Below the pieces are notes generated by a model. It did not search any database. It had not been told where the DNA came from and worked only from the letters and a program-made list of their open reading frames with translations. A stretch of 64,000 nucleotides of DNA from Thermoanaerobaculia bacterium (GTDB taxonomy: Bacteria; Acidobacteriota; Thermoanaerobaculia; UBA5066). The first letter of the stretch is position 1. Each line of letters begins with the position of its first letter. The translations under genes were made by a program, and so were the position numbers. Below, piece after piece: positions 28,664 to 36,903 of the stretch. Location of the stretch: positions 320,001 to 384,000 of the forward strand of contig CAWFJJ010000001.1 of the NCBI GenBank assembly GCA_963816185.1, read 5' to 3'.

Positions 28664-29373
28664 GACTTCGAGAGGACGATTGCGAGGTAGATGACGACCG
28701 CCCCGAAGACGGACATCAGGCTCGTCACGACCTTGGGGTGGCGATGGTGGCTCTCGGGAATCAGATCGCTCGCGCCGATGAAGAGAAAGAACCCGCAGAA
28801 CAGGGCGAGGAGGATTCCGAGGTGATCCTCCCTCAGCGAGAGGAACGTGGTGGCGAGGACGCCTGCGATCGGAGCCGCCGCGTCGAGCAGGAGCCACCGA
28901 AACGCGGTGCGGCGGTTTTCCGCGCCCCTGAGGACCACGCCCACGGTGTTGATGCCGTCCGAGAAGTCGTGGGCCACGACCGCGATCGCGACGACGACCC
29001 CCACCGCCGCTGAGGCCTGAAAGGCGAAGCCGAGCCCCACGCCGTCGAGGATGCTGTGACACACGAGGCTGCCCGCTCCGAGCCACGTCGGTGTGTGCAC
29101 ATGCTCGTCGTCTCCATGCGCGTGCAAGAGGAGCGTCCGGCTCAGAAGCATGTAAAGGAGGAATCCCGTCGCGACGATGGCGGTGACCGCCGGTGTCCCG
29201 TATCGCTTGCCCCCGAGCTCGAGGGCTTCCGGGAGGAGGTCGAAAAACGCGACCCCGATGACGGCGCCGGCGCTGAATCCGAGGATGAGATGCAGCTTGT
29301 CCTGCCGCTTGAGCGCCAGGAGGCCGCCGGCTAGCGTGGCCAGCCCGGCGGCGCAGCCTAGGAGGAGGACCAT
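28660..29373 (-). CDS. ZIP-family metal transporter (ZupT-like)
   Basis: LGFSAGAVIGVAFFDLLPEA, HAHGDDEHVH loop, HSILDG, AHDFSDG, ASDLIPESH. Confidence 0.88.
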   Translation of the reverse strand: MVLLLGCAAGLATLAGGLLALKRQDKLHLILGFSAGAVIGVAFFDLLPEALELGGKRYGTPAVTAIVATGFLLYMLLSRTLLLHAHGDDEHVHTPTWLGAGSLVCHSILDGVGLGFAFQASAAVGVVVAIAVVAHDFSDGINTVGVVLRGAENRRTAFRWLLLDAAAPIAGVLATTFLSLREDHLGILLALFCGFFLFIGASDLIPESHHRHPKVVTSLMSVFGAVVIYLAIVLSKS

Positions 29374-29391
29374 GAGCCAGCCCTGACCTCC

Positions 29392-29416
29392 GACGGGGGC
29401 GAAAGCCCGCCCCCGT
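29392..29416 (-). other. Intergenic GC hairpin with UUCG-type loop between TBDR and ZIP genes
   Basis: Minus strand GACGGGGCGGGC-TTTC-GCCCCCGTC; no U-tract, so an RNA stability or pausing element is more likely than an intrinsic terminator. Confidence 0.4.
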
Positions 29417-29439
29417 CTGGAGCTCGCATCGACGCGCCC

Positions 29440-31878
29440 CTAGAACTCAAACTTGATCCGCGCCGCCCACGTCCGCGGCGGAACCACGTGCGTACCTCCG
29501 AAAACGGACTGGAAGTTGTAGAGCCCCTTGACGTCGAAGGCGTTCAGGAGATCGCCCTGCAGCTCGAACGGGAGGCCGTATTTCTGGAGGCGCGCGCCGA
29601 GCGAGAAGCTCCAGATCGTGCGCGACTTGACGCGCTGGGGGTCCTCGTCGAACCGGATGTACGGCGCCGCGTACGCGGTGTCCGGGCTCGAGAGGACGTC
29701 GTCGATCGTGCCCGCGTCCGTGACGAGGCCCGAGTCGTAGCGTTGCGTCATGCCGGCCCAGAGGCCGGTCTGGCCGAAGTCGTAGAAGAAGCCGGCCTGC
29801 TCCTGGATGTCCTGGTCGTGGTCGATCAGGAAGCAGCCGCCGCCGAGGGTGTCGAGGGCGCCGGCGTCGAGGAATAGCCCGCCGACGAACGGGTTGCAGT
29901 ACTCCGCGTGCACGTGACCGACCGAGACGTAGCCCCTCAGGCCGCCGAGGACTGGCGCGAGGTCGAGCCGCGCGTTCCAGCCGTTCAGATTCCCGCTCTC
30001 GAAGTTGAGCGGAAAGACGATTCCCGTGTTGAAGAACTGATCCTGGTCGGCCGCGTTCTTCACCTTGCGATACCAGTACGAGACGTCGAGGCGCAGCTTC
30101 GATCCGATTCCCTGTTGGATCCCGGCGTTGTACACATCGTGCCGTTCGGAGAGATTGAAGAGCTGGCCGCCGCCGAGCGCCTGCGCGTCCTGGATCTCAG
30201 GCGGGGCGACCGATCTCGCCTGCGCGGAAGAGGACAAGAGGATGTTCTCGTACTCGGGCGTGATGAACATGCGGTTGTACGAGGCGCGGAACACGGTGCT
30301 CGTCGCCTCGAGGAGATACGCAACGCCGATGCGCGGCTGGAGCTGGCTCTCGGAAAGGAAGAGCTCGTTGTGGTCGAAGCGTACGCCGGCGTTCACGGTG
30401 AGGCCGTTCCACCGGATGTTGTCCTGCAGATACGCCGCGACGTACGTTCCCGTCTTCGAGTCGGCGAACTGGAAAACCGAGCCGCCGCGCGTGAGGTCGT
30501 ACGGCGCCAGGTTCGGGTTGTAGCCATCGGCGTTTGGGTCGTTGAAACCGGGGTCCGTGATGCCGAACGTGAACTGCTCCCGGATCGGAAAGCGTTTCGC
30601 CTGAACCCCGACCTTGAGCTCGTTGATACCCGCCGTCTTCGAAAGCGCGAAATTGATTCCCTGATTCTCGAGAGACCGGTTCTGGTCGGCCTGGACGGGC
30701 GTGTCGTAGGGCGAGGAATAGAGCGTCAGGCGGTTATCGCGACCGTAGGCCTGCCCCTCGACCACCCAGCCGCCGGGGAGAACGTTCTGATAGCCGAGGT
30801 TCGCGTTCCAGTCGTTGGACTGGATGCGCTGGTCCTGGCCGGCAACCTCCTGCGAGGGCAGGTTCGTGACATCACGTTTCGTCCGGCCGATGTTGCTCGT
30901 CAGGCGCCAGGAGGTCGACTCGTCCGCGGAGACGGCGTCGAGGCGGATGAAGGCCCGCAGCGAGTTGCCGACGTTGTGGAAGCTGTCGAACGACACGGGG
31001 TCGAGGAACCGATCGGAACGGGAGCCGTCGGCATCCGCGAACCATCCGAACCGCGCATTCCCGCCGCCGGCGGAGGCCGAAGCCGAGCCCGTGTTGAATC
31101 GTGCGCCTCCCACCGTCACGTCGCCTTTCACGCCGTTCGTTCCGAGGCCGGAGCGCGTCGTCAGGTTGATCACGCCGTTCGCCTTCTCGCCGTACTCCGC
31201 CGGGATGCCGCCCGTGACGACTTCGAGGCTCTGCGCGACGCTCGGATCCAGGGAGTTCGAGAACGTGATGCCGATCTGGTCCCCGATCGGCTGTCCGTCG
31301 ATGACGAGGAGCTGCTGAGAGTGCCCGCCCTGGAAGTGATAGCGGCCGTTCTCGTCCTGAGAGAAGCCCGGCGTCGAGGTCACGATCGACTCGAACGCCC
31401 GCCCCGGCACGGCGGCCGCGGTCCTCTGGATGAGCGACTTGTCGATGTCGATGTGGGTCATGGCCGTGTCGCTTTCCAGCTCGACGCCCTCCTTCTCGGC
31501 CGTCACGGACTCGGCCGCCGTCGTCTCGATCCCGAGCGAGATCTCGCGCGTCACGGGGACGCTCCCTCGCACATCCACGTCGGTGTGAAACGGGGTGAAG
31601 CCCTGCAGATTCGCCGTGAGGTGATACGGGTTCGGGGGCACGTTGTAGAAGAGGTAGCTTCCGTCGCCTCCCGACGTGGTCTGCTGCCGGTACCCGGTGA
31701 TGTCGTTCGCGAGAACGACCGTAACGCCCGGAAGAGGCTTGCCGTCCGGGCCGGCAACGTGTCCGCGGATCTGGCCGCCAGTGGCGGTCGACGCGGACGC
31801 CGGGTGCGAGCCGATGAAAAGGACCGCGAAGAGAAACGAGACAAATGCGGCGCTGCGCGCCGCGCTTCGAAAAGTCAT
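29440..31878 (-). CDS. TonB-dependent receptor with N-terminal carboxypeptidase-regulatory-like domain
   Basis: GQIRGHVAGPDGKPLPGVTV, VVTGGIPAEYG..GVINLTTRSG, LTVNAGVRFD, C-terminal ...ARIKFEF; Cys/His in loops (HVHAEYC, GGCFLIDHDQ); ATG 31878 with GTGGAGG SD. Confidence 0.9.
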   Translation of the reverse strand: MTFRSAARSAAFVSFLFAVLFIGSHPASASTATGGQIRGHVAGPDGKPLPGVTVVLANDITGYRQQTTSGGDGSYLFYNVPPNPYHLTANLQGFTPFHTDVDVRGSVPVTREISLGIETTAAESVTAEKEGVELESDTAMTHIDIDKSLIQRTAAAVPGRAFESIVTSTPGFSQDENGRYHFQGGHSQQLLVIDGQPIGDQIGITFSNSLDPSVAQSLEVVTGGIPAEYGEKANGVINLTTRSGLGTNGVKGDVTVGGARFNTGSASASAGGGNARFGWFADADGSRSDRFLDPVSFDSFHNVGNSLRAFIRLDAVSADESTSWRLTSNIGRTKRDVTNLPSQEVAGQDQRIQSNDWNANLGYQNVLPGGWVVEGQAYGRDNRLTLYSSPYDTPVQADQNRSLENQGINFALSKTAGINELKVGVQAKRFPIREQFTFGITDPGFNDPNADGYNPNLAPYDLTRGGSVFQFADSKTGTYVAAYLQDNIRWNGLTVNAGVRFDHNELFLSESQLQPRIGVAYLLEATSTVFRASYNRMFITPEYENILLSSSAQARSVAPPEIQDAQALGGGQLFNLSERHDVYNAGIQQGIGSKLRLDVSYWYRKVKNAADQDQFFNTGIVFPLNFESGNLNGWNARLDLAPVLGGLRGYVSVGHVHAEYCNPFVGGLFLDAGALDTLGGGCFLIDHDQDIQEQAGFFYDFGQTGLWAGMTQRYDSGLVTDAGTIDDVLSSPDTAYAAPYIRFDEDPQRVKSRTIWSFSLGARLQKYGLPFELQGDLLNAFDVKGLYNFQSVFGGTHVVPPRTWAARIKFEF

Positions 31879-31889
31879 GTCAGTCGATG

Positions 31890-31980
31890 CCTCCACGAAG
31901 AAAGCCTCTGATCGCGGAGGGTGCGTACCCCCCGACCGTGAATGACGACGTCGGAACGTGTCTTCTAAACGGCCAGGGAG
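31890..31980 (-). promoter_or_regulatory. Putative four-segment translational attenuator downstream of leader ORF 2
   Basis: mRNA CUCCCUGGCCGU (31980-69) pairs ACGGUCGGGGGG (31939-28); CGGGGGGU pairs ACCCUCCG (31922-15); CCUCCGCGA (31920-12) pairs UCGUGGAGG containing the SD (31898-90). Confidence 0.68.
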
Positions 31981-32303
31981 ACGGGGGGCGCGCGGGCGGG
32001 AAGCTCGGGAGCGGGGGCGAAGGTGATAGTCCGCTCGGCGCGGATCTCGAGCGCGCGGCGGACCTCGGGTGGGACGAGGAAGAGCGGTGCGGCTGTGGGT
32101 GCTACCAGCGAGGCGATCGCGCAGGCCGCGCAGGGGTGCTCCTTCTCCGGCACGAACGGCGCATGCGCGGGATGGTCCGGCGGGAAGAGGAACGTGCCGT
32201 GCGACAGCGTCTCGAAGCCGTCGACGTGCCCGAACGCGCCGCCGAGAGCGATCGGCGCGAGGGCGAGGACGACCAGCAGGCGCCGGAACCGGGTCAATCG
32301 CAC
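31965..32303 (-). CDS. Leader ORF 2 (112 aa): His-rich/CAAC core, C-terminal RAPP; DUF2946/CruR-like putative arrest peptide
   Basis: ...HVDGFETLSHGTFLFPPDHPAHAPFVPEKEHPCAAC...PELPARAPPVSLAV; lies 86 nt upstream of the TBDR; TAGGAT 6 nt before GTG. Confidence 0.85.
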   Translation of the reverse strand: MRLTRFRRLLVVLALAPIALGGAFGHVDGFETLSHGTFLFPPDHPAHAPFVPEKEHPCAACAIASLVAPTAAPLFLVPPEVRRALEIRAERTITFAPAPELPARAPPVSLAV

Positions 32304-32338
32304 CCTTGAATCCTACACGAGCCCATTCTTCGAACCTC

Positions 32339-34426
32339 TTACGGAAGGATCGTTCTCGGGTCGTTCGTGGTGTTGTCGATGACCGCGGCATACGTCGCGA
32401 TCTGCGCGCCGGCCGTCGCGGTCGACACGACGAGGACCGCGTTCGTCGTGCCGAAAGGCGCGAGAAGCGTGGTGACGACGTTGCCGACCTGCGTCATCCC
32501 GAGCGGGGGCAGCGTCCGGGTCGTGGTGCCGAAAGTCGAGCCGTCCGCAGCGAGCAGCGTGAGCGTGACGTCCACGCTCAAGGCCGTCGCGTTCGCGAGG
32601 ACGACGTTCGTGCGGAATGCCGTGTCGTCACGAAGGCCGATGAGCGCTTTGGGCGTGCCCGGCATGACGAGGTCGTTCGCGCCCTCGGCCGGAACGGACT
32701 GGCCGAAAGTGCCGGCGCCGCCCGCCGCCGGTGTCGAGGTCTGGCTGACCACTTTGAGCGACGCCGAGTCGGCTGTGATCAAGATCGCGCCATAGTTCTG
32801 GGGATCCGTGGGGCTGACCCCGAAGAGCGAGGCGAGAATGTCGGCATAGGTCACGGCCTTGTTCGCCGCGAGCGCGCGGACCTGCTTCGGGCCCCCGGTG
32901 CCGTCCTGGTCGTGGCCCAGGAACTGGAGCGTGAGATTCGCGTCCGTCGTGCCGCGGTTCGCGATCGTCAGGTCCGTCGTGTAGAAGGCGCCGTTCTTGC
33001 CGGCGGCGTGGGCGCTCGAGGGCAGGATGTACGTGGTCGTCGGGCCGCCCGAGCCGGCGAACCAGCCGATGTCGTTGAACAGGGGAAGTGTGGCGTCGAC
33101 TCCGCTCGGCAGGTCGGACGAGATGTACGGCTCCATGAGAAGGCTCGGGGACGCCGTCGAGTCGAAGTGCGACACCGACGAACCCTGTACATACGGGTTC
33201 GGTGCGTAGAGAAGCAGGCGGCCGGCGGCGTCCGTGCCGGCGAGAAGCGTCGGGTCCGTACCCAGATTTGCCGAATCGGGCAGGTTCGCGCGGAGGGTCG
33301 CGCCGTCGCTCATGGTGACGAGGATGGACGGGATCGTGATCGTGGCGTCCGTGCCGGACATTCCGAACAGAGGCTCGGTCGTGTTGTCCGCGATGATGGC
33401 GCCGATCGCGCCCGCGTTCTGGGCGTTCTTGGCCTTGACTGTAAAATTACAGGTTCCGCGGTCGATGAGCGCGATCTGGCCGGAGACATTCGACGTGATC
33501 GGGCTGCACCCGTCCGTGGCGAATCCGTAGAGGGCCGCGACGATCTGCCCGGTGACGCCCGGGTTTGAGAGCGCCGGCCCGAAGGAGGCGGTGCCGACGG
33601 AGTAGGAGCCGGACGCCGCCCCAGCGGTCACGAGAAGGCGCCGCCTCTTGCCGAGATACGTGCCCGCGAACGCGTTCGCCGCCGTCCCCGACCACGTCAG
33701 GTTGCCCGTGTTGAGCTCGGACGCCGCGCGCTCGGCGTCCGTGAGCTTGTCCCACGTCTTACCGAGCGTGTCGTCGTAGATGAAGCGGTCGAAGATGGTC
33801 GGCTGCGGCGTCGGCTGCGATGACGTGCTGCCGAGGAGCGCGCCCGTCGAATCCACGCCCGAGAAGAACCCGAGCCCGTGGGCGAACTCGTGTACGGCGA
33901 CCGAGAGGAAATTGATGTCCGACCCGGCGAGGTTGTCGAGGCCGAGGTAAAACGAGAGACCCGTCAGGCAGCCTGTCTGTCCGAGGCTGCTGTTGAAACG
34001 CGCCGTCATGTCGACCGTGGCGGGGTCCTGGTCAGAACCCACGAACTTGTTCGCGAGAGCCTTCGCGTACCACGTTCCCGCGACGGGGGCACCCGCAAAA
34101 TCGGCGTAGACCGTATTCGCGTAGGTCGATCCGAGGATGCCGGAGGTCGCGCTGCACGCGAGGGGAGTAAAGCTCGCGCTCACGCGGATCGTGACATTGC
34201 TCGTCAGGAGCCCTCCCCAGATCGCGCCGGCCTGCTGGAATACGTTGAGGCGTTGCTGCCCGAGCGTCGTGCCCGTGTTGCCGCCGACGGGCGAGACCGG
34301 AGTCGGGTCGTTGAGGCCGGTTCCCGCAGGATCGGAATTGACGATGACGAAAGCCGCGCCGGCGAAAAGCGGCCGGGCGGCGAGAGACGCAAGGAGGAGG
34401 AGCGGCAAGAGCGAGCGTCGCGCCAT
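32339..34426 (-). CDS. Secreted zinc metallopeptidase with PA domain and lineage-type C-terminal domain
   Basis: Signal peptide; VAVHEFAHGLGF (HExxHxxG); PA domain IALIDRGTCNFTVKAKNAQNAGAIGAII; GSSVSHFD, LMEP; C-terminal ...YAAVIDNTTNDP. Confidence 0.85.
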   Translation of the reverse strand: MARRSLLPLLLLASLAARPLFAGAAFVIVNSDPAGTGLNDPTPVSPVGGNTGTTLGQQRLNVFQQAGAIWGGLLTSNVTIRVSASFTPLACSATSGILGSTYANTVYADFAGAPVAGTWYAKALANKFVGSDQDPATVDMTARFNSSLGQTGCLTGLSFYLGLDNLAGSDINFLSVAVHEFAHGLGFFSGVDSTGALLGSTSSQPTPQPTIFDRFIYDDTLGKTWDKLTDAERAASELNTGNLTWSGTAANAFAGTYLGKRRRLLVTAGAASGSYSVGTASFGPALSNPGVTGQIVAALYGFATDGCSPITSNVSGQIALIDRGTCNFTVKAKNAQNAGAIGAIIADNTTEPLFGMSGTDATITIPSILVTMSDGATLRANLPDSANLGTDPTLLAGTDAAGRLLLYAPNPYVQGSSVSHFDSTASPSLLMEPYISSDLPSGVDATLPLFNDIGWFAGSGGPTTTYILPSSAHAAGKNGAFYTTDLTIANRGTTDANLTLQFLGHDQDGTGGPKQVRALAANKAVTYADILASLFGVSPTDPQNYGAILITADSASLKVVSQTSTPAAGGAGTFGQSVPAEGANDLVMPGTPKALIGLRDDTAFRTNVVLANATALSVDVTLTLLAADGSTFGTTTRTLPPLGMTQVGNVVTTLLAPFGTTNAVLVVSTATAGAQIATYAAVIDNTTNDPRTILP

Positions 34427-34433
34427 GTTTCGC

Positions 34434-34898
34434 CTATTTCTCCCGGCTCGCGGGGGGCGGGGCGGGCTGGGGCGAGGCCTCGAGGAAGATTCGCGCCTCG
34501 TCGGCGCCGCGAACGCAGGCGCTCGTGAGGGTTCCGTCCGGGTTCTTCCGGATTACGGAAAGGCTGGCCTGATCCGGGCCGAGCCGCATCATCTTCGTTC
34601 CGTCCGGCAACGTGATGACCTGCGGCTCGGCCGCGACCAGAGGGCGTCGTCCGAGAAGCTGGCGGGCCTCTTCGGGGGTCAGGGGACGGAGTGCTCCGGT
34701 CACGGGATCGCGCGCCACGGTCAGGGAGATCCCGGGCGCGGCCGAGGGCTTCACCGTAGCGGGAGCCGCAGCCTTCCTCGTTGCGGACTCCTTCGGCGCA
34801 GCGCTTGTCGCGGGCTCGTCCGCGCGGGCCGGGAAAGAGAGGAGAAGAAAGACGAGAATCGAAGGGGCGGAATGTCGCGCCGTTCGGAGGAGGATCAT
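34434..34898 (-). CDS. Small secreted protein (post-PEP-CTERM-1-like), partner of the PA peptidase
   Basis: Signal peptide; VARDPVTGALRPLTPEEARQL, LPDGT, KNPDGTLTSAC; AGGGAG SD. Confidence 0.65.
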   Translation of the reverse strand: MILLRTARHSAPSILVFLLLSFPARADEPATSAAPKESATRKAAAPATVKPSAAPGISLTVARDPVTGALRPLTPEEARQLLGRRPLVAAEPQVITLPDGTKMMRLGPDQASLSVIRKNPDGTLTSACVRGADEARIFLEASPQPAPPPASREK

Positions 34899-34990
34899 TT
34901 GTCTGGTCTCCCTATGTCGGCAAGAGCCTGCGCCGAGAGCGAGGCTGCTCGACCTTCGAAGAAATCCGTTTTACGACTGATGAAGGTCGG

Positions 34991-35326
34991 CTACGCGCGA
35001 GCCAGGCAGGGAGGGGAGCGTCCGGGAAGCTCGGGGAGAATTGGAGCGTGCTGCACGCGCTCGGCGTGAACCGGATGCGCGAGACGGATTTCGGGCGGAC
35101 TCAGGAAGAGGGGTGCGATGACCGGCGGCAGGAGGTTTGCTACCGCGCAGGCGGCGCACGGGTGCTCCTTCTCGGGCACGAACGGCGCGTGCGCGGGGTG
35201 GTCCGGCGGGAAGAGGAACGTGCCGTGCGACAGCGTCTCCAAGCCGTCGACGTGCCCGAACGCGCCGCCGAGAGCGATCGGCGCGAGGGCCGCGAGGACG
35301 ACGATCCGGAAGAGCCGCCTTTTCAT
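34991..35326 (-). CDS. Leader ORF 3 (111 aa): His-rich/CAAC core, C-terminal RSPP; paralog of leaders 1 and 2
   Basis: Core nearly identical to leader 2, with mostly third-position changes; PELPGRSPPCLARA; TAGAAT 10 nt before ATG. Confidence 0.85.
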   Translation of the reverse strand: MKRRLFRIVVLAALAPIALGGAFGHVDGLETLSHGTFLFPPDHPAHAPFVPEKEHPCAACAVANLLPPVIAPLFLSPPEIRLAHPVHAERVQHAPILPELPGRSPPCLARA

Positions 35327-35449
35327 CGCCGTTGAGATTCTATCTCGTCAGAAGAGCACGGCCGGCCCCGAGGTGTCGTTCAGCAGTTTCGGGAAAGGCT
35401 TTCACGCGGGCCTGCCCTCTTGACGAGCCGCGCCTAGAATGCGCGAGAT

Positions 35450-35824
35450 ATGCGCCGCCTGAGGGAGGTTTCGGCCGCGCTCCTCCTCGCCGTCTTGGCG
35501 ACTGCGGCCATCCTGCCGCTCGCCGCGTCGGGCGCCGCGTGCCACAGGTGCCACTGCGCGGTGCGGATGGCCTGCTGCGAGGACGGCACGTGCACGATGG
35601 GCGAGGAGCCGCCTGCGGGCGGACCCGAGTGGCGCACTTGCCGGCGCGAGGCGCCGACGTCCGCGGCGTCGGCGCTCGACGCGTTCGACCGGGCGCTGAG
35701 AGGGGGTTCCTTCGAAGGAAAAGACAGGGAGCCCGCCGCTCGAAGCGTAGAGCTTCAGCCCGCCCGGCCGCGCACCACCACACCGAATCCTGAAACGCCC
35801 CCTCCCCGCGTCTTCTCTTTCTAA
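35450..35824 (+). CDS. Leader ORF 4 (124 aa): signal peptide, Cys/His cluster, C-terminal PETPPPR; putative arrest peptide
   Basis: CHRCHCAVRMACCEDGTC; ends PNPETPPPRVFSF; divergent from leader 3; TAGAAT 9 nt before ATG. Confidence 0.75.
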   Translation: MRRLREVSAALLLAVLATAAILPLAASGAACHRCHCAVRMACCEDGTCTMGEEPPAGGPEWRTCRREAPTSAASALDAFDRALRGGSFEGKDREPAARSVELQPARPRTTTPNPETPPPRVFSF

Positions 35825-35859
35825 GAAATTCCTCTCTTCGAATTTCCTCGGAAGGAGAA
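35813..35859 (+). promoter_or_regulatory. SD-sequestering hairpin overlapping the last codons of leader 4
   Basis: TTCTCTTTC 35813-21 pairs GAAGGAGAA 35851-59 (SD), enclosing GAAATTC 35825-31 / GAATTTC 35840-46. Confidence 0.62.
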
Positions 35860-35866
35860 CCGCATC

Positions 35867-36868
35867 GTGAAGACGGTCAAGGTGTTTCGCTTTCTATGTC
35901 TCGTCCCCGCAGCTTTTCTCGTTCTCCCCTCGAACGCCGGCCTGGCCTGCGCCTGCGGCTGCAGCGTGTTCGACGTCGGCGCCGGCACGATGATGCCGGT
36001 GAGCTCCGAGTCAGGTTTCTCTCTCTGGCTCCGCTACAGCTACATGAACCAGAACCGGAACTGGGAGGGCGGCTCCCGGGCGCCGGCCTCGGACAACCCG
36101 GACGTCCAGATCAAGACCAGCTTCTACACCTTCGGAGGCAGCTACATGGTGGACCGGTCCTGGTCCGTGATGGCCGAGCTGCCGGTCTATTCCCGCAAGT
36201 TCACGTCGACCGACGACGGCACCGTCGCCGGCCCGGCCGGCAGCCTCTACACCGCCAATCTGACCGATCTCGGCGACATGTCGCTCTCGGTCATGTACAC
36301 GGGGTTCTCACCGGACATGTCGACCGGGCTTGGCCTCGGCGTCAAGCTGCCGACGGGCAACTACACGGGGCCGTCCGGCCCGCTCGGCGGCTCGGAGTTC
36401 GACCGCGACACGCTGCCCGGCACGGGCAGCACCGATCTCGTGCTGGGCTCCTATCACGTCGGCGGGCTCAATTCCGACGGCTCGCTCGCCTGGTTCGCGC
36501 AGGCGCGGTACGAGTTCGCGGCCTTCACCCGGAACGACTACCGACCCGGCAACGACCTGAACGGCGCGCTCGGGTTGACGTGGAGTTTCAGCGCCGGCGC
36601 GTCGCAGACGAGGATGACGCCGGTCCTGCAGATGATCGGAAGCTACCGGGAAAGAGACAGCGGCGCCAACTCGGACCCGGACAACTCCGGATACAAACGC
36701 CTGCTCCTCGCGCCTGGCGTCGAGGCGCGGCTCGGGAAGATCCGTCTCTACGCCGACGTCGAATTTCCCGTGTATCAATTCACCAACGCCGCGGCGAGCG
36801 GGAGCGACAAGGCGGGGCAGCTCGTGGCGTCGACGTTTCTCAAGGCGCAGATCGCGTACGATTTCTAG
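35867..36868 (+). CDS. Putative outer-membrane beta-barrel (MetA/phenol-pathway-like transporter) with N-terminal CACGC motif
   Basis: Signal peptide then ACACGCS; DLGDMSL, GLGVKLPTG, PGTGSTD; C-terminal aromatic QIAYDF. Confidence 0.7.
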   Translation: MKTVKVFRFLCLVPAAFLVLPSNAGLACACGCSVFDVGAGTMMPVSSESGFSLWLRYSYMNQNRNWEGGSRAPASDNPDVQIKTSFYTFGGSYMVDRSWSVMAELPVYSRKFTSTDDGTVAGPAGSLYTANLTDLGDMSLSVMYTGFSPDMSTGLGLGVKLPTGNYTGPSGPLGGSEFDRDTLPGTGSTDLVLGSYHVGGLNSDGSLAWFAQARYEFAAFTRNDYRPGNDLNGALGLTWSFSAGASQTRMTPVLQMIGSYRERDSGANSDPDNSGYKRLLLAPGVEARLGKIRLYADVEFPVYQFTNAAASGSDKAGQLVASTFLKAQIAYDF

Positions 36869-36903
36869 ACGGCCGACGGCATGGGAGAGAACGGATTGTG
36901 AAA

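Noticed and set aside
21452-35326. Repeated ~170-bp core considered as an IS/MITE or ncRNA
   Set aside because: No terminal inverted repeats or target duplications; differences are mostly synonymous, indicating selection on the protein.
35420-35440. TTGACG...TAGAAT as a sigma70 -35/-10 pair
   Set aside because: The spacing is only 9 nt; only the -10 element is retained as plausible.
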